Sequence record: MW845758.1
DNA: 64,000 nt
Reading direction: 5' to 3' (one strand)
Position 1 is the first letter of the stretch. Each line of letters starts with the position of its first letter. A program made the translations under genes and the position numbers. This document shows, piece after piece, positions 39,401 to 48,397 of the stretch. Under the pieces are notes generated by a model, which was not told the origin of the DNA, searched no databases, and saw nothing but the letters and a program-made list of their open reading frames with translations.

Positions 39401-40585
39401 GATGGACTGGTGCCCGATACCTTGATGGACGATGCGAAGCGTCAGAACTTCGTAGGGATTCAGTTAGGTTCGGCAATGGCTTGTGTGGGTGCGACCACCT
39501 TGCCTTATCGTACCGAGCTGGAAAAAGCCGTGGCACACCGTACATCGGTGAAGCATGCCCGGGTAATTGACAGACCGGGTAAAGTGGCGGAGGTCAGCGA
39601 CGACCACATCAAAATCAAGTACGACGACGGCACCGAGGACTCGTTCCCGCTGGGTCGTTGGTTCGGGGCACACGAAGGCAGTAACTATCCACACACCGTT
39701 ATTACCGATTACAAAGTCGGTGAGAAGGTTCCCGCCAATTCGGTGGTAGCGTTCAACGAGCAACACTTTGAACGTGACCTGATTGACCGTCATCAGGCGA
39801 ACTGGAAGAACGGCATCGTAGGTTGGATGTCATTGATTGAAGGCGAAGAGGTTATTGAAGACTCCAACGCCATCTCTGTACGTGCCGCGAAGTTAATGGA
39901 AGCAGATGTCACGAAGATGAAAGAAGTGACACTCGGCTTTAATCAAAACCTCATGGAAATCCTGAAGGAGGGTGACCACGTCGAAGTAGACAGTATCCTA
40001 TGCACCTTCAGTGACAACCTGTCTGGCGAGATGGAAGGCTTCAGTGCCGAGGCTGCTGCAACCCTGTACGAGCTGAGTTCATTCGCTCCACGTGCAGGTC
40101 TTCGTGGCTTCGTGGACAAGATTGAAGTCGTGTACCATGGCGACCCTGAGGACATGACACCGACGGTTGCTGCACTGGTACAGAAATACGACCGTAGCCG
40201 TAAGAAGCGTGCGAGTGCGTTGGGTAAAGATGACATCCCAACGTCCGGTAGCGTGAACGGGGATTACCGTGTGGACGGCGTGCCGCTCGCTTACCAGAAC
40301 GTGGTAGTGAAATTCTATATCACGCATCGGGTTGAGATGGCTGCCGCGGATAAGCTGGTCTTGGCCAATCAGCTGAAAACCACAGTGTATCAAGTCATGC
40401 CCGGTGAGAACCACACTGAGAACGGTGACCCTATCGATTTCAAATTTGGACGTACCTCTGTAGATGCACGTATCGTGGGATCGGTAATCAAAATCGGTAC
40501 CACGAATGGATGTGCGCTACGTGGGGGCGAATGGGTGGGTCGTATTTTGGATGGCGAAGAACCACCGAAATTGCCGAAGCTGTAA
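36419..40585 (+). CDS. Virion RNA polymerase beta subunit, large fragment (phiKZ gp178-like)
   Basis: 1388 aa; DDAKRQNF, IEDSNAIS, DKLVLANQLKT, PIDFKFG match RpoB motifs. Confidence 0.9.
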   Translation: MLLLRQFNQHFSIRKTDEFSKPRIIPLEKLQIPRGSVLHTVDLDQVVLAPPSTLPYFKELEKPAQIRHHYRLASDGISGKPIPVPVQGQERSILAYHRANRTFRRMQTDELVRRDKRTLLIENYTPMLPHYRYADTQLSWYDRLRNVMVTVAQQMKYDTAEYNRQNYYILNTGSMLPAFDKFRNTYSDRIKTRLEHFRSFDLLWLLELYTWATGEQQLSVFDGMDFSQLSRMNFIIVHNTGFTVMNMGVIERMRKSSGGRLPDEMVARTFYKLLVQVLTRNPDPVADIDFISPSGEELTISEPVVDDGEHIDGLDDNDDIADLEMVEDDDHFDEKADLVIQEKVEDVKPTTITVEKAINHGQIIKDQVERLAEAGRLSVKAYTFLNEASERFVSLPNPYNSKENYGEGLAFTEKDLEVEPVTLVKNTTVAEESWMQSTTDEMTKRYNRTMLPKDILGAVASSQRLGLVVHDHKLEKEVAVTGNVEHHTLRIQPVGGEPVTVRFSVPALTEDGTWVANGTEYTMRRQRVDVPIRKVSFDTVALTTAYGKNFVSRSEKAVNDYGRWLTNAIITRAVDPKNTEITDAKLANVFNPLLTLPRQYTMVARRVSSFNAIGYRWNFEHAKRESFFGEAVVKDLEKKELVPVATGRSGVLGMDSHSQVYRVKGDLMEPLGTLADALGIEQVKAPREVTELSIMGQSLSLGFVFSFYLGLTGMLKHFGIRYEVLPPGQRIDKTTFDSVIRLADAKVVVMCDNDKQRMIVNGLDKYLKHLVMYTESEVEREDIYLNLIRDADSLTPRYVNELKQMRSAFVDDMHARILRRMGEPETFIGLLERSNELLQTDHSKPEINRDEMMFIGNQRIAYHVYTAMVRAMRNYQNAPGSSRKFELSQDMIWGAINSDPSVLLAPGANPIQNIKEKDVITMGGTGGRNRKTMVYHTREFQPSDLGVVSGNTVDNGDVGITAFAVANPGFDTVDGLGSSRNPEELAPAQLLSFIDGLVPDTLMDDAKRQNFVGIQLGSAMACVGATTLPYRTELEKAVAHRTSVKHARVIDRPGKVAEVSDDHIKIKYDDGTEDSFPLGRWFGAHEGSNYPHTVITDYKVGEKVPANSVVAFNEQHFERDLIDRHQANWKNGIVGWMSLIEGEEVIEDSNAISVRAAKLMEADVTKMKEVTLGFNQNLMEILKEGDHVEVDSILCTFSDNLSGEMEGFSAEAAATLYELSSFAPRAGLRGFVDKIEVVYHGDPEDMTPTVAALVQKYDRSRKKRASALGKDDIPTSGSVNGDYRVDGVPLAYQNVVVKFYITHRVEMAAADKLVLANQLKTTVYQVMPGENHTENGDPIDFKFGRTSVDARIVGSVIKIGTTNGCALRGGEWVGRILDGEEPPKLPKL

Positions 40586-40628
40586 TTAACTCTGGCGGGT
40601 CGCTCCCGCCAAGTACCTTAACTCCGGA

Positions 40629-40928
40629 GTGAACATGAGTATTTTGGATAGCATTCGACTGCGCAACGGCATGCCGCCAGCACGTCACAGCCAGAACCGT
40701 GAAACTGACGGTTTCTCTGCGCAACAGCGCATGAACTTCGTCACCCTTGGTAACACCATTGAATTGGGTACCGAGATTTTATTCGACCTGTTGCACAAAA
40801 CCGATGGGTTGAGTGGCAAGGTCGGCGACCAGCGTTTGTACAAGCGTGACATTGCAGATATGATCGGCGGTAAAATCGCTGCGCGTATTCAGCAGGCTGT
40901 CAGCACCAATAAAGGAGGTGCCGCGTGA
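40629..40928 (+). CDS. Small hypothetical protein
   Basis: ORF between RNAP and the next gene; start may be ATG 40635. Confidence 0.7.
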   Translation: MNMSILDSIRLRNGMPPARHSQNRETDGFSAQQRMNFVTLGNTIELGTEILFDLLHKTDGLSGKVGDQRLYKRDIADMIGGKIAARIQQAVSTNKGGAA

Positions 40929-42394
40929 TTAACCAATATTCCCTGAATGCGGCGACCAACGCCATGTTGCTGGCGAAGCAGTCAAGCCTCAACGTAGCAG
41001 CCGATGAAGGCTCTCCGGTGGGTCTGCTGAATAAAGCCACCCCGAATCGTAGCGTATACGATTCAACCGTTACCGACGAAGTGTTCTATCAGGACTTCGC
41101 TAATGCCACCAAAGTACAGAAGCCTGCTATCGGTACCGGTGAAGAAGCGGTAGTGGTAGACACGGCGGCTGATGCCGTGGTGTTGCGCGTTGATGACCAC
41201 GAGTCAACCCTGTTCGAACTGAAGACCATGGCCGTACAACGTGTGAACGGTATGGTGGACTTCGCCCGTAACGTCGTGCAGCCGTTTGTTGATGACGTTA
41301 TCAAAAACATGCAGATTGCGCCGGTCAAGGAAACGTCGGAAGACTGGAACTTGGAACCGATTGAGCTGGAAGCATCGATTGATGACCCGCTTGTACATGC
41401 GTTGATTAAAAGTGTTGCGACACCAACCGCGCACAGTTATCAGCGTCCTGCGATTGATCTGAAAATCCCAGAGGGTATCGTGCCGCCTGAGTCAGGCAGT
41501 CGTGCGCTGGATGATTTACTGGCCAAGCTCTTAAATGAGAAGGGCTGGAACGTGGGTGAAGCGCTGAGCAAAATGGTTGAGCCGTTCAACCTGTCTCCTG
41601 CTGCGCCAGAAGCGCCGGCTGTTGCGAAAGACCAAGTGCTGTTTATGCTCTTGTCTTCGTTCTACGTGGATAACCCGTGGGAAAACAGTGGCGTGACATC
41701 TGCGAAGTGGGAAAACATCCTCAACAGCATCTTCTACTCCACAGTGAGCTGGACGTACCTGTTCGCACAGGACGTGGTAACGCGTACTGAAGCAGGCCAG
41801 TTGGTTTACTCCTACGACGGCGCGACCAAAACCGTGTACGTGTGTCAGGAAGCCTTTGACCGCTACTTAGAAGAGGGCGGTACCACTGAAGCGCTGCTCG
41901 GTGCTATCTACGCATCTGATGACGGTGACCCGAAAGCGTCTCTACTCAGTAAGTCGATTATTGAGAACTTGGCGAAATACACCCAAGGCTGGGAACGTCG
42001 CAGTTCGGTTAACCGCATGAAGGAAGACACCGATTGGCTGTCGACTAACCGTCAGGCGCTGAAGGCAGCGTTTAACGTGGCCATCGGTAACGCCGACCAT
42101 GAAACCTTCGGGCGTAACATCGCCGGTGACTTACTGTCTGTGGACGAAGTTCGCAAGTCAGTGAGTTCTTCTATCGATTACCTATTCAACCGTGACAGCA
42201 CAGACATCACTGCGTTTGCTATTCGCACCGCAGCGGCAGAAGTGTTCGGTGAGTGGGAAATCGCAGGCTTGCTGCAAGCCATTCACGAAGGCATGACTGA
42301 AGGGGCTAACCCATCAGAAGTGGCTTCTGACTGGGCAGCAAACTACGTGATTGACTGGCTGTTAGGTGGAATTCTCATCGACATGCCTGCCTAA
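40925..42394 (+). CDS. Virion (head) protein
   Basis: RBS GGAGG before GTG; synteny with the phiKZ gp177 region (inference). Confidence 0.65.
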   Translation: MINQYSLNAATNAMLLAKQSSLNVAADEGSPVGLLNKATPNRSVYDSTVTDEVFYQDFANATKVQKPAIGTGEEAVVVDTAADAVVLRVDDHESTLFELKTMAVQRVNGMVDFARNVVQPFVDDVIKNMQIAPVKETSEDWNLEPIELEASIDDPLVHALIKSVATPTAHSYQRPAIDLKIPEGIVPPESGSRALDDLLAKLLNEKGWNVGEALSKMVEPFNLSPAAPEAPAVAKDQVLFMLLSSFYVDNPWENSGVTSAKWENILNSIFYSTVSWTYLFAQDVVTRTEAGQLVYSYDGATKTVYVCQEAFDRYLEEGGTTEALLGAIYASDDGDPKASLLSKSIIENLAKYTQGWERRSSVNRMKEDTDWLSTNRQALKAAFNVAIGNADHETFGRNIAGDLLSVDEVRKSVSSSIDYLFNRDSTDITAFAIRTAAAEVFGEWEIAGLLQAIHEGMTEGANPSEVASDWAANYVIDWLLGGILIDMPA

Positions 42395-42408
42395 ACGGGA
42401 GCATTAGC

Positions 42409-43131
42409 ATGAGCGCCATTGAGACAGCGGTACGTAATCCTGCGAAGGTGCACACCGACTTAATCAAACAAGGCGTGACGTCATTAACCAAAGGGGGGTG
42501 TTTTATTTACATCCCCGTCGGTTACACGTCGAAGGAACTGGCGTTTATCTCCAGCACGGTCGAGATTATTGGCATGTTCGCCATCAGTACCGACCGTAAA
42601 ACCTACGGCGTGAGTAACGTCACGACTCTGATTGAAATCACCCCTTCCTCGTTTGAGGAAATTATGGTTCACGGCGAACCGTATTACGAGTTTCGATTCG
42701 ATCCCGGAACGGTGGTTTTCCCGAACCGGCAACTTCAAGTCATCTCCAACCATGTCTACAACATTGCGTCGTATCAGTTTGACTTTGGTAACCGTCCGTT
42801 CTGGATGAACGCGGTGGATGATGCCGAGACGTTATCGAATACCCAGAAGTGGAATGGCTTTCGAGTATTCGCAGACCAGATTACCGCTGACTGTTACGCT
42901 GCCCACACACAGCGTACGCTCGGTGACCCGCGTCAGTTCTTTCGTTATTCGTTGAAGAAGGACTCGGACCTGTTTAAACCGGTTCAGTTTATTCCTCTGC
43001 GAGACGGCAGTCTTAACAAAACATCTCGATTGGCGAAACTCGCCGACGTTGAATTACGACGCGGCATTATGTCAGCGTTGTCAGTTGACCCGGTACGAGC
43101 CGAACCCCTCGAAGATCTCTTTATGCGGTAA
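42409..43131 (+). CDS. Small virion RNA polymerase subunit (phiKZ gp176-like)
   Basis: Position just upstream of the protease; TSRLAKLADVELRRG resembles a beta-prime segment. Confidence 0.65.
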   Translation: MSAIETAVRNPAKVHTDLIKQGVTSLTKGGCFIYIPVGYTSKELAFISSTVEIIGMFAISTDRKTYGVSNVTTLIEITPSSFEEIMVHGEPYYEFRFDPGTVVFPNRQLQVISNHVYNIASYQFDFGNRPFWMNAVDDAETLSNTQKWNGFRVFADQITADCYAAHTQRTLGDPRQFFRYSLKKDSDLFKPVQFIPLRDGSLNKTSRLAKLADVELRRGIMSALSVDPVRAEPLEDLFMR

Positions 43132-43143
43132 TCAGGAGCGGTC

Positions 43144-43959
43144 ATGGACAACTTATCGATGCGCTACAACTGTGTGGCGCTCGCCGGCGTTAATGCCGGA
43201 GCTAAACTGCAGAAAGACAAGGACGGGTACTACCGCGTGTTACTGGCGGCGTTAAACGTGTTCAACTCCGATGGGGTGTTCTACGCGTTCAACGAATCCA
43301 AGCACGTGTTTGACCGTTCCAACGTCTTTATGCGTAAAGTACAAGCGGGTAACCTTTTCGGTGAAGAGGATCATCCGCCGTGGGAAAACGGCATGAGCGA
43401 TGCGGCCTTTATGGAACGCAACGAGTGGATTGAAACCAAAAACGTTTCACACCACATCCGTGAAGTAGAACTGGTCGACACCGATCAGGTCTGTAACGGG
43501 ATGCCTGTGGTCGAAGTTTGGGGTTGGATTAAACCTAACCGTGAACGTGGTCCACTGCTGGCGGAAGCGCTGGAAAACCCACACCAGAACGTGTGCTTCT
43601 CCCTGCGTGCTATCGTGCGTGAAAAACGCATTGGTGGTACCGTCACGCGTCGTCTCGACAAACTCATCACCTTTGACTGGGTTATCGAAGACGGCTTGCA
43701 GATTTGTAACAAATACTCTGCAATGCAGCGTGGCAGCAAAGTGGCTCAAGAGTCGACCCGTATGTACCTCGACCGTGTTATCACCCGCGAATCGCTGGAG
43801 GCGATTATGTACGCGCAGCGTGAAACCACAATGGTGGGTACAGAGTCCACACGCCAGAACAACCTTCGTGCCATCGCGTCAGAGTATCTGAACCTGTATC
43901 GGGAAACTGAGCAACGTTCTAACCTGCGCGTTGTTGGGATGGGGGCACAGCGCTGGTAA
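43144..43959 (+). CDS. Prohead protease (phiKZ gp175 / SPN3US gp245-like)
   Basis: GEEDHP (His), VCFSLRA (Ser), ITFDWV (Asp); synteny. Confidence 0.85.
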   Translation: MDNLSMRYNCVALAGVNAGAKLQKDKDGYYRVLLAALNVFNSDGVFYAFNESKHVFDRSNVFMRKVQAGNLFGEEDHPPWENGMSDAAFMERNEWIETKNVSHHIREVELVDTDQVCNGMPVVEVWGWIKPNRERGPLLAEALENPHQNVCFSLRAIVREKRIGGTVTRRLDKLITFDWVIEDGLQICNKYSAMQRGSKVAQESTRMYLDRVITRESLEAIMYAQRETTMVGTESTRQNNLRAIASEYLNLYRETEQRSNLRVVGMGAQRW

Positions 43960-44586
43960 ATGGAAACTTACGCCGCGTCTCTTGAGAAATGGCTTCAGAA
44001 CCAGTTACCTCGTGTGGCGAAGAAATCCACTCTTCGCCTACTGGACACCTCACCGCTGCACATCAGTACAGCGCGCATTAGGATGTTCAGCCCACGTATT
44101 CCGTTGTCAGCGATGAGCGATGAAGACAAAACCGTACCGCGGGTTTGTTGCTCGGTGGACTTGGCGCGTTGTATTGCGTCAGCTCGCCATATCCTGAGAA
44201 CCGATGAGGTGCCTCGTCAGATTTTCATTTACGGCTTCGATGAACGCAGTGTCGTCCAACCGTCTGTGGAACTCAGTCAGGAACCAGTGCGTGCCGGGGA
44301 AGTGTGGATTGTCCCTCACCGGATGGGGAATTGGGAAATTAAACCTCTGGTGTTGGGCGAGATGCGCCTACTGGAAATGAACGGGGAAGGGAACCGCTTT
44401 ACCTTCGTGGTTCGCTGTGGTGCCGATGTAACTTTGCGTAACGGGGAACTGTTGCAAGAAGGGAAAGCTTATCGTTTGCCGGTGAGTCTCAACCGTCAGA
44501 CAGAAGAAGTGAACGTCGGGGATTCGTCACCTATCGATTTGGACGCGTTCTATCGCGCTCAGGACGGATACGCCGTAACTTACTAG
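43960..44586 (+). CDS. Probable virion protein
   Basis: Starts directly after the protease stop; PRVCCS motif; synteny inference. Confidence 0.6.
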   Translation: METYAASLEKWLQNQLPRVAKKSTLRLLDTSPLHISTARIRMFSPRIPLSAMSDEDKTVPRVCCSVDLARCIASARHILRTDEVPRQIFIYGFDERSVVQPSVELSQEPVRAGEVWIVPHRMGNWEIKPLVLGEMRLLEMNGEGNRFTFVVRCGADVTLRNGELLQEGKAYRLPVSLNRQTEEVNVGDSSPIDLDAFYRAQDGYAVTY

Positions 44587-44630
44587 CTCCAGTGTTCGTG
44601 GTCTGCAATCACAAACAACGAGGAGGTCGT

Positions 44631-44927
44631 ATGAAGGTTGTAAACGTCAAGGTGCCTCCTAGCCTCCGGGAACTTTCAGCTGATGAGTTGAAACAACTGG
44701 CGGTCCACACGATTTTAGGTCGAGGTGGGAAGGAGGTGCTGGTCGAAGTGCTCGGTGGTCGGTTTGACACCAAACGTAAAGCCAACAATGCAGCCTCTGC
44801 TGTCGCGCCAATGGACTTGGCCACCTTTGCTCTCGATATGCGCCACGTTGGTGCAAGCATCGATTTCAATAAGACGTATTTCTTGCTAACCGAACCTCTT
44901 CGTGGTTTGCTGACTATCAAGCAATGA
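44631..44927 (+). CDS. Hypothetical protein
   Basis: Strong RBS GAGGAGG before ATG 44631. Confidence 0.75.
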   Translation: MKVVNVKVPPSLRELSADELKQLAVHTILGRGGKEVLVEVLGGRFDTKRKANNAASAVAPMDLATFALDMRHVGASIDFNKTYFLLTEPLRGLLTIKQ

Positions 44928-45031
44928 TATCAGTGTGCCGCGAGACTTCAGTAATGGTGGGGGCTGTTACTTTTTTACTGCACGGTGGTTTGCTGTGTGG
45001 AAGAGGTTGATACGGATTAGGAACAATTGAA

Positions 45032-45583
45032 ATGTTAAGTTTAGACAGCGATGGCGTATTTGCAGGATGGCGTAAGTATGTGTTTTCAAAGCACATCTTG
45101 ACGATGAGTCCAGAGGAGTTTAATAAACTGCCAGAGATTCGTCGCAGAGGAATATTGAGAGACATTTATCTCAAGGACCCAGATTTATTTTATAACCTTG
45201 AACCAATCGCCGGGACCGAGCGTATACTCGAAGCGGCTGACACATGTAGCGACGGTTGGGGCATTCTGACATCCAGTTCAGAAGACCACCAAGACTATAA
45301 CCATGTTGTCGAGTGCAAGCACGCTTGGTTCAAAAAGCATTTTGATGTGCCCGCTACGCGAATTACCGTCGTGGAGAATTCGGCAGCGAAACAACAATAC
45401 GCAGGACGCGGACATTTGCTGGTCGATGATTTTCGTCGCAACTGCAATCAATGGGCATTGGCGGGAGGATTTGCACTCTGGACAAAAACAGATGCACCGA
45501 GCGTGGATGCGATTGTGGAGCAACTTCGCAACTATCAGGAAGATCCGAATTTAAATTCGGGAATGCTTTTACTTTTGCAGTAA
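45032..45583 (+). CDS. HAD-family 5'(3')-deoxyribonucleotidase-like protein
   Basis: LDSDGVFA (motif I), ILTS (II), K (III), LLVDD (IV). Confidence 0.8.
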   Translation: MLSLDSDGVFAGWRKYVFSKHILTMSPEEFNKLPEIRRRGILRDIYLKDPDLFYNLEPIAGTERILEAADTCSDGWGILTSSSEDHQDYNHVVECKHAWFKKHFDVPATRITVVENSAAKQQYAGRGHLLVDDFRRNCNQWALAGGFALWTKTDAPSVDAIVEQLRNYQEDPNLNSGMLLLLQ

Positions 45584-45596
45584 TCCGGTTTAATCA

Positions 45597-45639
45597 GAAG
45601 CGAACCTCTTCGGGGGTTCGCTCCTACTCTATTTTTTTA
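45597..45639 (+). terminator. Terminator-like hairpin
   Basis: AGCGAACCTC-TTCG-GGGGTTCGCT with a downstream T tract. Confidence 0.7.
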
Positions 45640-45641
45640 GA

Positions 45642-45660
45642 GATAGATATTATCCATGTG
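45642..45660 (+). promoter_or_regulatory. Phage promoter-like motif, copy 3 (GATAGATATTATC-CAT-GTG)
   Basis: Exact consensus, right after a terminator. Confidence 0.7.
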
Positions 45661-45707
45661 AGTCTTATGCATTATCTTTTACCTATCGACTATCTTAGAG
45701 GCCTATC

Positions 45708-46394
45708 ATGCAATACACCAATGGATCTGAAATCAATAAACTGCGTCTGAAAATCAAAGCCATGTTCAAGTCCTTCTACTTGAAAACCGATTCTGCCCAT
45801 CGCATGGATCACATCGATTCTGTGATGAGCAACGCCATTCGCATCTGTCATCTGATGGACTGGCAGCAGCACTTACCGGTTGTGTTAGTCGCCGTAGGTG
45901 TGCACGATATCTTCAGCACCACTGACTGGCGTGCTGACCACCACATCCGTGCCTTTAACTGGACACTGGATAACAAAGCCAAACTCAAGAAGCGCTTTGA
46001 CATGACTGACGATGACGTCATGAACGTAGCATACGCCGCACTCGAACACCGTGGCAGTTATCGCGGTGAGCGTTACAACGGGGTTATCTCTGAGATTATG
46101 GCGGCAGCAGACCGCGGTATCCCCTCTACGGAAGATGTGGACAACTACCTTGCGCGTTCTTTCCTCTACGCCCGCTCTCACGGTAAGTCTGTGACGGATG
46201 CAAAGTTCCACGCTATCGGCCACATCAAAGACAAGTTCGGACGTAACGGTTACGGACGTGTGCCGGACTGGTACAATGTATTGTTTGCTGAACGCCTGCG
46301 TGCGCGTTTGGAACTGATTGAAGAAATGGACATCAGCCATTTCGATGCTAACTTTACTGACGAACTGGAACGCAAGTACCACGAGTCACTTTGA
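45708..46394 (+). CDS. HD-domain metal-dependent phosphohydrolase
   Basis: AHRMDH, VHDI (HD), EHR, AADR motifs. Confidence 0.85.
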   Translation: MQYTNGSEINKLRLKIKAMFKSFYLKTDSAHRMDHIDSVMSNAIRICHLMDWQQHLPVVLVAVGVHDIFSTTDWRADHHIRAFNWTLDNKAKLKKRFDMTDDDVMNVAYAALEHRGSYRGERYNGVISEIMAAADRGIPSTEDVDNYLARSFLYARSHGKSVTDAKFHAIGHIKDKFGRNGYGRVPDWYNVLFAERLRARLELIEEMDISHFDANFTDELERKYHESL

Positions 46395-46405
46395 AAATAA
46401 ACCGG

Positions 46406-46424
46406 GATAGATATTATCACGGTG
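46406..46424 (+). promoter_or_regulatory. Phage promoter-like motif, copy 4 (GATAGATATTATC-ACG-GTG)
   Basis: Exact consensus, intergenic. Confidence 0.7.
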
Positions 46425-46461
46425 AACTACTCAACCAATCCATCCATTGTAAGGAATAATC

Positions 46462-46971
46462 ATGACCACTAAAATCCATTCTCTGAAAGACCTTATCGCT
46501 GCTCTGGCTCCTGAAGACAAAGCGATTGTAGAAATCAGCAAAGACAACGGCCTGACCACCGAAGTCAAAGACGCTGTTAATGCCGTGTACGCAGACACCC
46601 TGCCGACCGTGACCATCGAAGTGCCGGAAGATCACAAAGGTAAACTGGCGTATCAGGTAACACCTGAAAACATGGATCAGTTCCGTAAGCACGATGCGAA
46701 CTTCCTCGAAGCGTACGGTACCGTACTGACCCCGCTGGTCGGTGAGCACGTGCGTGCCAACGCAGACGTCGCACAGATGGATCTGACCACTGAAGTGGGT
46801 AACTCCAAGTTCTCTGTGGTCTTCGCTCGCCCAACCGGTGAGACGCCATCTGAGAAAGAGTGGGCTTCTTCTGTGGGCTTTGGCTACGCGACGCCGAAAG
46901 CGAAATCGCTGGAAGGCAAAGTGCGTAAAGACTTCGGTAAGTCGTTCTTCGAAACTGAAGATGAAGAATAA
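46462..46971 (+). CDS. Hypothetical protein, probably abundant, with acidic tail
   Basis: RBS AAGGA; strongly biased codons; ends ETEDEE. Confidence 0.85.
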   Translation: MTTKIHSLKDLIAALAPEDKAIVEISKDNGLTTEVKDAVNAVYADTLPTVTIEVPEDHKGKLAYQVTPENMDQFRKHDANFLEAYGTVLTPLVGEHVRANADVAQMDLTTEVGNSKFSVVFARPTGETPSEKEWASSVGFGYATPKAKSLEGKVRKDFGKSFFETEDEE

Positions 46972-47152
46972 AGCCTTCTGGGCACCTCGGGTGACAATTG
47001 AATCTCACCCGAACGTCATTCCTTTCACCGCAATACGAAAGGATGGCACCATCGCACCCCCTGAAGAACTGGGGATGACGATTACCATTCAACGACCACC
47101 GTACGAACAGCCTGCGAATCCTTACCCGATTCCAAAGCGTCGTCGGCGGTAA
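46961..47152 (+). CDS. Small Pro-rich basic protein (MKNKAFW...PKRRRR)
   Basis: Overlaps the upstream stop and fills the gap to a terminator; weak RBS. Confidence 0.45.
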   Translation: MKNKAFWAPRVTIESHPNVIPFTAIRKDGTIAPPEELGMTITIQRPPYEQPANPYPIPKRRRR

Positions 47153-47157
47153 CTGTG

Positions 47158-47190
47158 GCCCCCTACTTCGGTGGGGGCTATTCTTTTTTT
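47158..47190 (+). terminator. Intrinsic terminator
   Basis: GCCCCCTAC-TTCG-GTGGGGGC then T tract. Confidence 0.8.
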
Positions 47191-47206
47191 GATACGGGAC
47201 ATTAAC

Positions 47207-47497
47207 ATGACTAAAGAACAGTGGACTTTACCCCTGACCGTTAAAGAGGCCAAAGAACAGTCTGTCGACCATCCTAAACTTGCGAGCTTATTGACCTTTG
47301 TTATTCAGCGCCTCTCTGATACGTTGTCGCCGTTACCGGACGACGGCTTTATTAGCTTTGAAAAATTGACCAATGAACAAATGCCTTTATCAGACGAATA
47401 TGATATTCGTCAGTACACCATCCCGATTGACTATCAGTTAGGGATGGACTCGCCGTATGTCCACCTGACCTATAAGCTGCCTACAGCAACAACGTAA
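47207..47497 (+). CDS. Hypothetical protein
   Basis: ATG 47207 after RBS GGGA; followed by a terminator. Confidence 0.7.
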   Translation: MTKEQWTLPLTVKEAKEQSVDHPKLASLLTFVIQRLSDTLSPLPDDGFISFEKLTNEQMPLSDEYDIRQYTIPIDYQLGMDSPYVHLTYKLPTATT

Positions 47498-47502
47498 CAA
47501 AT

Positions 47503-47538
47503 AGGGGCGGCCTACGGGCTGCTCTTTTTTTTGTTTTT
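47503..47538 (+). terminator. Intrinsic terminator
   Basis: GGGGCGGCC-TACG-GGCTGCTCT then T tract. Confidence 0.75.
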
Positions 47539-47592
47539 ACACATTCACCTATACATGTGTAGCGAACCAAACACAGCATTGAGGAAATCACC

Positions 47593-47877
47593 ATGCCCAT
47601 TCTGGGAACCATTGAACAAATTCATGTCATGCCACCTGAACCCGTCGCAGAAACGGTACTGGCGGTATTAGAAAAGAACCCACAGAAGTTCCCTTTGGGG
47701 GCTATCGTGGAAGTAGGTATCAGCTTTGAATTCCGTGAAAACTTTATCCCGCTGGAATTCTATGACTTCCACTCACACACGTTCCCCATCAAAATGACGG
47801 AGAAAGTTCCGTACTGCGAAATCCGGGTATCGTGGTTCACCCCTAAAGAGGTAAAGGATGCAGCTCAAGAATCCTGA
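47593..47877 (+). CDS. Hypothetical protein
   Basis: RBS GAGGA. Confidence 0.8.
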   Translation: MPILGTIEQIHVMPPEPVAETVLAVLEKNPQKFPLGAIVEVGISFEFRENFIPLEFYDFHSHTFPIKMTEKVPYCEIRVSWFTPKEVKDAAQES

Positions 47878-48346
47878 GTTCCGCAAAGAGTTCATGCAAC
47901 GTCTCGGTGCTATTGTCGATGCTAACGTCGCTGCGTACAAAGGTAGTGTTGATGATGAAGCGTTCGCGGCAACCACTAACTTCCCAGCCGAAGTTATCCC
48001 GCACACGGTTAACGGATATCAGCGTTTCTTAAACGACAATGTCAAAGCCGATTCACGCGCAACCGTACTGTCCGGGTTTTTGATTAACCTGACAGCACAC
48101 CTGAAGATTGAGTTCGGTAAGGAACTGCTAAAGGAGTTGCAAGAAGACATCTTTGGTGCAAACCGCCCAACCGAAACCGCGAACAACCAGAACACCAATG
48201 CGTTGTCACTGTGGGCTTTGGCTTATCAGCAGTATGATGAGAATACGCCGCCGGCTGACTTTAATGCGATGGTGTCGTACCTGTTCTTGCAACGCTCTCG
48301 TTGGCTGTTAACTCAAGCCAAAGTCGAAGAGATGCGAAAAGAATAA
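47858..48346 (+). CDS. Hypothetical protein
   Basis: RBS AAGGA; overlaps the upstream gene. Confidence 0.8.
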   Translation: MQLKNPEFRKEFMQRLGAIVDANVAAYKGSVDDEAFAATTNFPAEVIPHTVNGYQRFLNDNVKADSRATVLSGFLINLTAHLKIEFGKELLKELQEDIFGANRPTETANNQNTNALSLWALAYQQYDENTPPADFNAMVSYLFLQRSRWLLTQAKVEEMRKE

Positions 48347-48393
48347 AAGTAACCCCACTCCGAAGAGTGGGGTACTTCACTTATTTTTTTTTT
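48345..48393. terminator. Bidirectional terminator, repeat copy 3
   Basis: AAGTAACCCCACTC-CGAA-GAGTGGGGTACTT with A and T tracts, between convergent genes. Confidence 0.85.
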
Positions 48394-48397
48394 GACC

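Noticed and set aside
34796-40585. Inteins or introns in the RNAP genes and terminase
   Set aside because: Frames are uninterrupted, lengths are ordinary, and I saw no C...HN-C/S/T intein ends
46838-46960. Track start of the 104-aa ORF at 46838
   Set aside because: Overlaps the well-supported 46462 gene by more than 120 nt; only the part from ATG 46961 is kept, at low confidence
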